A DNA stretch of 64,000 bases, from positions 8,877 through 72,876 of the forward strand of contig JANLZB010000094.1 in assembly GCA_031366005.1 (NCBI GenBank), given 5' to 3'. Shown piece after piece: positions 56,874-64,000 of the stretch (its first letter is position 1; the number at the start of each line of letters is the position of its first letter). The notes under the pieces were generated by a model, which saw only the letters and a program-made list of their open reading frames with translations, was not told where the DNA came from and did no database searches. Origin of the DNA: Bacteroidota bacterium (GTDB lineage Bacteria; Bacteroidota; Bacteroidia; AKYH767-A; OLB10). A program made the translations under genes and the position numbers.

Positions 56874-57764
56874 ATGGACAGGAAACAATTTATAAAAACA
56901 CTTTCCATTTTACCTTTAGCAGGAACAGCAATGAAATTAAATGACTTGAGTAAAATGACAGCACCATTTGGCAACACGGAGCAAATGCCTGTGTTGTTTA
57001 TGGGCCATGGCAGCCCGATGAATGCAATTGAAGAGAATGAATTTGTAATAGGATGGAGAGATATTGGAAGAACATTGCCAAGGCCGAATGCAATTTTATG
57101 TGTATCTGCTCATTGGGAAACACGCGGAACATTTGTTACTGCCATGGAAAAGCCACCAACCATTCATGACTTTGGCGGATTTCCACAAGCATTGTTTGAT
57201 GTTCAATATGCTGCACCGGGAAGTCCTTCACTTGCCAATGAAACAAAAAGTATTGTAAAGAAAACAGCCATTGGTCTGGATGAAAAATGGGGATTGGATC
57301 ATGGTGCATGGAGTGTAATCAGCCGATTGTATCCCAATGCTGATATCCCGGTTATACAAATGAGTTTGGATTATAATCAAAGTCCGCAATACCATTATGA
57401 GTTGGCGAAAGAACTTTCATCACTGCGTAAAAAAGGTGTGTTGATTATTGGAAGTGGTAACATGGTGCATAATCTTGGAATGGTTGCGTGGGAAAAATTA
57501 AATGCTCCTGAGTATGGTTATGATTGGGCATTGGAAGCACGCGCGAAAATGAAAGAATATATTTTATCTGATGATCACAAGCAATTGATCAATTATGAGT
57601 CTCAGGGAGAAGCATTTAAGCTGGCTATTCCCACACCTGAACATTATTTGCCTTTACTTTACACACTTGCATTAAAACAAGAAAACGAAAAAATAAGTTT
57701 GTTTAACGATAAAGCAATTGGAGGATCATTAACAATGACTTCGTTGAAAATAGATAAAGCGTAA
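56874..57764 (+). CDS. ygiD: 4,5-DOPA dioxygenase extradiol-like (class III extradiol dioxygenase, YgiD)
   Basis: Pattern LFMGHGSPMNA…H…H. Length is 296 aa. Confidence 0.75.
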   Translation: MDRKQFIKTLSILPLAGTAMKLNDLSKMTAPFGNTEQMPVLFMGHGSPMNAIEENEFVIGWRDIGRTLPRPNAILCVSAHWETRGTFVTAMEKPPTIHDFGGFPQALFDVQYAAPGSPSLANETKSIVKKTAIGLDEKWGLDHGAWSVISRLYPNADIPVIQMSLDYNQSPQYHYELAKELSSLRKKGVLIIGSGNMVHNLGMVAWEKLNAPEYGYDWALEARAKMKEYILSDDHKQLINYESQGEAFKLAIPTPEHYLPLLYTLALKQENEKISLFNDKAIGGSLTMTSLKIDKA

Positions 57765-57771
57765 AGTTGCA

Positions 57772-58491
57772 ATGAAACTATTTAAGTTGCCGGTTTTATT
57801 TCTTACAATTATTATTTCAAATGTTCAATGTCAACCTGTAAAAAAAACGGAGCCGGTGTTAAAATATTTAGTTCGTGAACCAAAAGTTAAAAGCGAAAAA
57901 CCTCCTCTGTTAATTTTATTGCATGGCTTTGGAAGTAATGAGCAGGATCTATTTTCGCTTGCAGAACATTTACCGGAAAATTTTTTAGTTGTTTCTGCAC
58001 GGGGACCTTATTCACTTGGTGGTGATGGTTACGCATGGTACCATGCAGATTTTTCAACTCCAAAACCAATCTATAATAAAGAAGAAGCGGAGAAAAGCAG
58101 GAATACGATTATTCAATTTATTGAAGAACTAAAACAAAAACATTCAATTGATGAAAATCAAATATATCTCTGTGGATTCAGTCAGGGAGGAATTATGTCT
58201 TATAGTGTTGGATTGACAAGACCTGATCTGTTAAAAGGAATTGCTGTAATGAGTGGAAGACTTTTAGAGGATGTAAAACCATTGATTATTAAGAATGAAA
58301 AATTAAAGCAACTAAATATTTTTATTTCGCACGGAACGAATGATCCTGTTTTGAATATTCAAAATGCAAGGGATGCTGTAGGGTATTTAAAAATATCAGG
58401 ACTCAATCCTTCTTATAAAGAATATAATGAAGGACATACCATAAGTAATGAGATGCTGAGTGATTTAGTGAATTGGTTAAAGCAGCACTAA
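57772..58491 (+). CDS. secreted α/β-hydrolase (phospholipase/carboxylesterase family)
   Basis: Signal peptide, LILLHGFGSNEQD, and the nucleophile elbow GFSQGG. Confidence 0.75.
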   Translation: MKLFKLPVLFLTIIISNVQCQPVKKTEPVLKYLVREPKVKSEKPPLLILLHGFGSNEQDLFSLAEHLPENFLVVSARGPYSLGGDGYAWYHADFSTPKPIYNKEEAEKSRNTIIQFIEELKQKHSIDENQIYLCGFSQGGIMSYSVGLTRPDLLKGIAVMSGRLLEDVKPLIIKNEKLKQLNIFISHGTNDPVLNIQNARDAVGYLKISGLNPSYKEYNEGHTISNEMLSDLVNWLKQH

Positions 58492-59987
58492 TGCATTACA
58501 ACGATTTTGTTATTGCATTTAACTTCATTATCTGAATTCATAACTTTTATAAAATAAATTCCATCATTGAAATTTGATGTTTGAAGTATAACGTTTGAGG
58601 TTGATAAATCTTTCGAATAAGCAACATTTCCCAATGCATCAAATATTTTCATCTTATCACCAACCATAAACTGTGAAATGTAAACTGCAAACTTGCCTTT
58701 GGCAGGATTGGGATAAATAACCAATGAATGATTATTGGACTCCTGATTATTTATCGCAACGGTTAATTGATTATTACTCCATTTTGCAACAAAAATATCC
58801 GAAGGGTAATTAGCACCGGTATTCGGATTGAGCAGCATAAAATTATCAACCATTAATGTATCCCTCATGTAAATGGAACTGAAATAAAAAGAAGAATCAT
58901 AAACTGATAAACCATCATGCAATGGAAAACCTGATGTATAAGTTTGGATGGTATCCTGCCATATAATATTAAATGCCGGATCGAAGCGATAAATAAATAA
59001 GCGCACAAATACATTAACTAATAACACACTATTACCGAACCTGTCAGCTTCAAAATCAATTGCAGGAAAAAATGAAAGCGCAAGAGGACCATCTATTGTA
59101 GAAATAATTTGACCGTTGTAATCACATTTGATAATTTTTATCGTGTCCATCAGCGAATTAAAACCATCAAAAGCCCAATACAGATTTTGTCCATCAGTGC
59201 TAAGGCTGTTGTTATTATCAAAAGTGATGTATTCCTGCGCCTTAAACCATTTGGCATTAAAAGCACTATCATATTTCACAATAAAATTCTGATAAGAGAA
59301 ATTAGGATCCGCAGCAATCGTATCAAAAGTTGCAAAGTTGCCACAAGTACCTGTTAAATAAACATTGCCTGTACTATCAGCAATTATGTGAGAATAAGTA
59401 CGGTTCTCAAAATTATTATTGAACTCATTCTTAATAATAAAACCCCAAACATCCAATTTGTGAAATGCACAAAATCCAAATGCCCCAGAAACTTCCGAAG
59501 TCAGGTACATATTACCATCAGATCCAATAAATAAATCATTGGTTTTAAAATCTCCGTTTACCGGATTTAATTCACGCGCCCACAGTATCATTCCATTCTC
59601 ATCTGTTTCAAAAATAAATCCGCTGTTATCAGATGGACTAAAACTTGTTAAGATGTTACCATCAATGGAAATAGTCCCCATAAAATATCCGGCAACAACA
59701 GCATGATTACTTGTATTTATTTCCAGGTCAGTGATAGTGGCATTACCGGTAATTATTTTTTGCCAAAGCGATTGTTGATTTGCATCGCGTTTCTCCATTT
59801 GGGTTGAAATGCTAGTGCTGACTGAATCAGTGTATGAGGCAAAATAAAAATTTTCTGTGTGATCACGTTTTATTACCACGGCATTGGAACGCGGAGCAAG
59901 TCCTGATGTAAAAGCCCATTGCCATGACTGCGCATTGCAATGAATAGCATAGATCATCATAAATAAAATTAATAAAATTCTTTTCAT
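58488..59987 (-). CDS. T9SS type A sorting-domain (CTD) cargo protein
   Basis: Signal peptide and the C-terminal CTD LVIYPNPAKGKF…IYFIKV…. Confidence 0.7.
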   Translation of the reverse strand: MKRILLILFMMIYAIHCNAQSWQWAFTSGLAPRSNAVVIKRDHTENFYFASYTDSVSTSISTQMEKRDANQQSLWQKIITGNATITDLEINTSNHAVVAGYFMGTISIDGNILTSFSPSDNSGFIFETDENGMILWARELNPVNGDFKTNDLFIGSDGNMYLTSEVSGAFGFCAFHKLDVWGFIIKNEFNNNFENRTYSHIIADSTGNVYLTGTCGNFATFDTIAADPNFSYQNFIVKYDSAFNAKWFKAQEYITFDNNNSLSTDGQNLYWAFDGFNSLMDTIKIIKCDYNGQIISTIDGPLALSFFPAIDFEADRFGNSVLLVNVFVRLFIYRFDPAFNIIWQDTIQTYTSGFPLHDGLSVYDSSFYFSSIYMRDTLMVDNFMLLNPNTGANYPSDIFVAKWSNNQLTVAINNQESNNHSLVIYPNPAKGKFAVYISQFMVGDKMKIFDALGNVAYSKDLSTSNVILQTSNFNDGIYFIKVMNSDNEVKCNNKIVVMH

Positions 59988-60211
59988 ATTATTTTGTGTT
60001 TTGAGAGTGTTCTGTGTAAAAATAAATAAAGGATATTATTACAAAAGTCAAATCCGTTTGACGTTTTCTTTTTAATGATGGTTGCATCAAATTGAAGATG
60101 CTGAAAACTATCTGAAAAAACATTTCGTACTTGAAAACATTTTTTTACATTTGCGCTCCTTTTTGATAAAGGGGTCTGTGCGGATGAAAAGAAGCACATT
60201 CATTAAACTTG

Positions 60212-62056
60212 ATGGTAACAACAACAAATAGCACGGAGAAACCCTCCAAAATTCAATTTCTTACGCCAGATCCAAACGATTTCGATTGGGATAATGAAGG
60301 CAAAACTTTTGACACCGACAAAGTAGGCGATAACGCCAATCTCGAGTCGCTTTATGATACCACTCTTAACCAGATTCTCGAACACCAGATAGTAATGGGC
60401 ACTGTGATTGGGTTAACTTCCAAAGAGGCGGTAATCAACATCGGTTATAAAAGCGATGGTATGGTTCCTCTTTCTGAGTTTCGTCACATGCCTGATTTAA
60501 AAGTAGGTGACCAGGTGGAGGTTTATGTAGAGACTGCCGAGGACAAAAACGGTCAGTTATTGCTTTCACATAAGCGTGCACGTGCCGTTAAATCATGGGA
60601 TCGTGTTAATGCAGCTCTTGAGAAAGATGAAATCGTTACAGGTTTCGTTAAATGCCGCACCAAGGGTGGATTAATTGTGGATGTTTTCGGTATCGAAGCA
60701 TTTTTACCAGGCTCACAAATAGATGTAAAGCCTATTCGTGACTACGATATTTACGTAGGTAAAACGATGGAGTTTAAAGTTGTTAAAATCAACCAGGAAT
60801 TCAAGAATGTGGTTGTTTCTCATAAGGTTCTTATCGAGAATGAGATGGAGAAACAGAAGACCGAAATCATGAGCCGCCTTGAGAAAGGACAGGTTCTGGA
60901 AGGTACTGTTAAAAACATCACTTCTTATGGAGTATTTATGGATTTAGGTGGTGTGGATGGATTACTTCACATTACAGATATCAGCTGGGGACGTATCAAT
61001 CATCCCGAAGAAGTATTACAACTTGATCAAAAACTCAATGTTGTTATTCTTGATTTCGATGATGAGAAGAAAAGAATTGCTCTTGGCTTAAAGCAGCTTA
61101 CACCGCAGCCATGGGAGGCACTTGATGCTGAATTGAAAGCAGGTGATAAATTAAAAGGCAAAGTAGTGGTGTTAACTGATTACGGTGCTTTTGTAGAGAT
61201 CGTTCCCGGAGTAGAAGGACTTATCCATGTTTCAGAAATGTCATGGTCGCAACACTTACGCAGCCCTCAGGATTTCATGAAGGTGGGTGATGAGATAGAA
61301 GCTGTTGTACTTTCTATTGACCGTGATGAGCATAAAATTTCTCTTGGTATCAAGCAATTAATGCCTGATCCCTGGGGACAGATTACTTCTAAATATCCTG
61401 TAGGTTCTAAGCACAAAGCCAAGGTGCGCAACTTCACCAATTTCGGTGTGTTTGTTGAATTGGAAGAAGGCATTGATGGTTTGATACACATCAGCGACTT
61501 AAGCTGGAGTAAGAAAATCAAACATCCTGCTGAGTTCACTAAGATAGGTGAGGAGTTAGAAGTTGTAGTACTGGAGGTGGATGTGGAAAACCGCAGACTA
61601 AGCCTTGGTCATAAGCAATTGGAAGAAAATCCATGGGAGACTTATGAAACAGTATTTACTGCAGGCAGTACACATGAAGGAACTGTTGGAAAAGTAACCG
61701 ATAAAGGCGCTACTGTTATTCTTACTTATGGTGTTGAAGGATACGCACCTTACCGCCATCTTACCAAGGAAGACAACAGCATGGCAAGAGAAGGAGAAAA
61801 ATTAGACTTCAAAGTGCTTGAATTTAATAAAGAGAGCAAGCGAATTCTGGTATCTCACAAAGCAGTTCATGATGAAAAAGCACGTTCGGCTAAGGATGCT
61901 GAATTTGCTGAGAAGGACAGAGAAAACGACAGCACAGCAAAAGCTGTGAAGAAGTTAAAGGAAAGCCAGGAAAAATCCACCCTTGGTGATAATTCAGCGC
62001 TGGCTGCATTAAAATCGGAGATGGAAGCTGGTGCAGAAAGAAAGGAATCTGAATAA
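60212..62056 (+). CDS. rpsA: 30S ribosomal protein S1
   Basis: Six S1 repeats with the GxV…G.GAFV…G.EGLIH pattern. The ORF-track start at 60209 is a TTG, and an ATG lies at 60212. Confidence 0.9.
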   Translation: MVTTTNSTEKPSKIQFLTPDPNDFDWDNEGKTFDTDKVGDNANLESLYDTTLNQILEHQIVMGTVIGLTSKEAVINIGYKSDGMVPLSEFRHMPDLKVGDQVEVYVETAEDKNGQLLLSHKRARAVKSWDRVNAALEKDEIVTGFVKCRTKGGLIVDVFGIEAFLPGSQIDVKPIRDYDIYVGKTMEFKVVKINQEFKNVVVSHKVLIENEMEKQKTEIMSRLEKGQVLEGTVKNITSYGVFMDLGGVDGLLHITDISWGRINHPEEVLQLDQKLNVVILDFDDEKKRIALGLKQLTPQPWEALDAELKAGDKLKGKVVVLTDYGAFVEIVPGVEGLIHVSEMSWSQHLRSPQDFMKVGDEIEAVVLSIDRDEHKISLGIKQLMPDPWGQITSKYPVGSKHKAKVRNFTNFGVFVELEEGIDGLIHISDLSWSKKIKHPAEFTKIGEELEVVVLEVDVENRRLSLGHKQLEENPWETYETVFTAGSTHEGTVGKVTDKGATVILTYGVEGYAPYRHLTKEDNSMAREGEKLDFKVLEFNKESKRILVSHKAVHDEKARSAKDAEFAEKDRENDSTAKAVKKLKESQEKSTLGDNSALAALKSEMEAGAERKESE

Positions 62057-62081
62057 CAATCCCCATACATTTTCATTACAA

Positions 62082-62116
62082 AAAGCTGTTCATTCGTTTG
62101 AACAGCTTTTTTTTTG
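62082..62116 (+). terminator. rho-independent terminator of rpsA
   Basis: Hairpin agctgttca-ttcgttt-tgaacagct followed by T9. Confidence 0.85.
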
Positions 62117-62245
62117 AGATAACACAACGAAGGTGATTCTTGTACAAGCCTATCTTTTATTTTACATACTGTAGTATTTCTTTTTTTGGCACATATTTTT
62201 TAGAATTGTGTTAATTCAAATCTCATTGAACAGAAACTAAATGCT

Positions 62246-64000
62246 ATGCCTTTAATCAAATACAAAGAGAAAAGAAACTTTAAAGAAACGCCTGAGCCAA
62301 CCGGTGGAAAGCCGGATACTGAAAAGTTGCGCTTTGTGATACAGAAACATGATGCCTCTCACCTCCATTATGACTTCAGACTGGAGATGGAAGGAGTATT
62401 AAAAAGCTGGGCTGTACCCAAAGGACCTTCCACAGATCCTTCAATAAAACGTCTTGCAATGATGGTAGAAGATCATCCTTACGATTACCGCAACTTCGAA
62501 GGAATTATTCCGAGTGGATACGGTGCAGGAACAGTGATAGTATGGGACGAAGGTTTTTATGAGATGGCTGATAGTGATGGAAAGAATAAGAAAGAGCAGG
62601 AGAAAGAATTACTGAAAGGAATAAAAGCAGGTAAATTACATTTTGTAATGCATGGCAAAAAAATGAAAGGCGAGTATGCACTTGTGAAAACACATGGAAG
62701 GGGTGAAAATGCATGGTTGCTGTTTAAGGTGAAGAATAAATATATTTCCACTGATGACATTACTTTAAAAGATAAATCCGTCATCTCCCACAAAACACTT
62801 GCACAGGTTGAAAAAACAACCACAAATTTTTATGGTTCCAAAAAAGGGAAAGAAGCAAGTATAAAGAGTAAAAAAGAAAATCTGCTTAACAAACGTGCAG
62901 ATGTGAAAGCATCCTCTGAAGGAAATAAAAAAGAAGTTAAAAAAAAAGAACATCCGCAGGCAATAGAAAATGATAAAGGAATTCGTGCAAAGTTTCCTGT
63001 AAAACTTTCTCCTATGCTTGCCACGTTAGTTGACAAGCCTTTTGATGCTGAAGGTTGGTTGTACGAGGTGAAATGGGATGGATACAGAACTATTGCTCTT
63101 TGCAATAAAGACAAAGTGGAGATGCGTTCACGCAACGATAAATCTTTTAATGAAAAGTTTTATCCTGTTACTAATGCTTTAAGAGCATTGAATTTACAGG
63201 CTGTCATTGATGGGGAAGTAGTGGTGCTAGATAACAACGGTCAATCCAATTTCGGATCATTGCAAAACTGGAGAAGCGAAGCTGATGGAGAAATTATTTT
63301 TTATGCTTTTGATATATTGTGGGCAAATGGAAAAAATTTAATGCAATTACCACTTATTGAAAGAAAAGAAATTTTAAAACAGATAATTAACGGAGAAGGA
63401 ATAATAAGATTAAGTGAGAGTTTTAATGTGGGAGGAATTAAATTTTTTGAGACAATTAAAAAAATGGGACTGGAGGGAATGATTGCAAAAAGGACTGACA
63501 GCCAATATACGCCCGGTGTACGCACCAAAGAATGGCTTAAGATAAAAGCCAACAAGCGCCAGGAAATGGTGATAGGAGGTTATACCAGGAATGATGATAC
63601 TTCAAAATCATTCAGCTCATTATTGGTAGGTGTTTATGATAATGGAAGATTACATTATACAGGTAAAGTGGGTACGGGATTTAATGATAAAATGCAAAAA
63701 GAAATGATGAAACAGTTTAAGCCGCTTATCATTAAAACGCCTCCATTCACTGAAGTGCCTGACATCAACAAGCCCTCACGGTTCCGTCCTAATCCGCCCA
63801 ATGCATCGGTAACATGGTTGAAACCTGAACTGGTTTGTGAAGTAAGCTTTACTGAAATGACTACTGATGGTATAATGCGCCATCCATCATTTGAAGCAAT
63901 GAGAATAGATAAAAAACCAAAAGACGTGAAGAAAGATAAACCTGTTGCTATCAACAAAATTGCAACTAACATAAAGAAACAAAAAACTGTTTCTGACAAA
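62246..64000 (+). CDS. ligD: ATP-dependent DNA ligase LigD (3'-phosphoesterase plus ligase domains), 3' partial; absent from the ORF track because it has no stop in the window
   Basis: Translated by hand: 585 codons without a stop to the window end. PE domain: RFVIQKHDASHLHYDFRLE…AVPKGP. Ligase domain: LSPMLATLV, EVKWDGYR, EGMIAKR. Confidence 0.85.
   Translation, partial: MPLIKYKEKRNFKETPEPTGGKPDTEKLRFVIQKHDASHLHYDFRLEMEGVLKSWAVPKGPSTDPSIKRLAMMVEDHPYDYRNFEGIIPSGYGAGTVIVWDEGFYEMADSDGKNKKEQEKELLKGIKAGKLHFVMHGKKMKGEYALVKTHGRGENAWLLFKVKNKYISTDDITLKDKSVISHKTLAQVEKTTTNFYGSKKGKEASIKSKKENLLNKRADVKASSEGNKKEVKKKEHPQAIENDKGIRAKFPVKLSPMLATLVDKPFDAEGWLYEVKWDGYRTIALCNKDKVEMRSRNDKSFNEKFYPVTNALRALNLQAVIDGEVVVLDNNGQSNFGSLQNWRSEADGEIIFYAFDILWANGKNLMQLPLIERKEILKQIINGEGIIRLSESFNVGGIKFFETIKKMGLEGMIAKRTDSQYTPGVRTKEWLKIKANKRQEMVIGGYTRNDDTSKSFSSLLVGVYDNGRLHYTGKVGTGFNDKMQKEMMKQFKPLIIKTPPFTEVPDINKPSRFRPNPPNASVTWLKPELVCEVSFTEMTTDGIMRHPSFEAMRIDKKPKDVKKDKPVAINKIATNIKKQKTVSDK

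Noticed and set aside
62505-63999. Series of minus-strand ORFs (60-114 aa) listed by the ORF track
   Set aside because: They are antisense to the uninterrupted 585-codon ligD frame on the plus strand.

Overview
This 64-kb window looks like chromosomal DNA from a Bacteroidota genome (roughly 40% GC). The taxon call rests on a T9SS C-terminal sorting domain protein, a GxxExxY protein, DUF3078, a POT transporter, split transketolase genes, and promoter boxes of the 'TAnnTTTG' kind. Most of the window is housekeeping:

- **Left end (1-8.6 kb):** sucD (3' end), two tandem tRNA-Leu genes, an exonuclease/GIY-YIG protein, an amidinotransferase-like protein, a GNAT acetyltransferase, a DEAD-box helicase, apbC, a saccharopine-dehydrogenase-like gene and rpe.
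- **Polysaccharide locus (8.8-17.0 kb, all minus strand):** a wecA-like GT4, rmlC, wzc, wza, a GT4 glycosyltransferase and asnB.
- **Middle (17-41 kb):** usp, a response regulator, a mutS2-like gene, a split transketolase interrupted by a vWA protein and a toxin-antitoxin pair, an ECF sigma operon, a POT transporter, plsY, two two-component systems, an M13 peptidase and a CBM9-like protein.
- **Right end (47-64 kb):** lon, DUF1569, an AraC regulator, a GxxExxY protein, an LLM oxidoreductase, mscL, yceI, ygiD, an esterase, a T9SS cargo protein, rpsA, and a ligD that runs off the window end and is therefore missing from the ORF track.

The accessory material that deserves a second look is:

1. 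A roughly 5.5-kb island at 41.1-46.6 kb with no integrase. It holds a convergent Type II restriction-modification system (a gamma-class N6-adenine methyltransferase, a putative endonuclease, and an HTH controller protein whose stop overlaps the endonuclease start). Next to it is a two-gene module of unknown function: an HTH protein with three homing-endonuclease-associated repeats, plus a 325-aa orphan protein. This is my best candidate for an undescribed defence or accessory system.
2. Two long, non-CRISPR tandem arrays built from palindromic units. One has about six 88-bp units between two two-component operons. The other has about six 133-bp units carrying CACATAG-like motifs, and it surrounds the GxxExxY nuclease-like gene.
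3. Several families of short intergenic palindromes whose arms are made of short tandem repeats. Two of these families recur at distant loci.
4. An 80-bp conserved block upstream of two unrelated genes.
5. A likely frameshifted small 4Fe-4S-type gene.
6. Simple-sequence tracts in capsule genes that could drive phase variation.

No rRNA, CRISPR array, transposase or integrase was seen.
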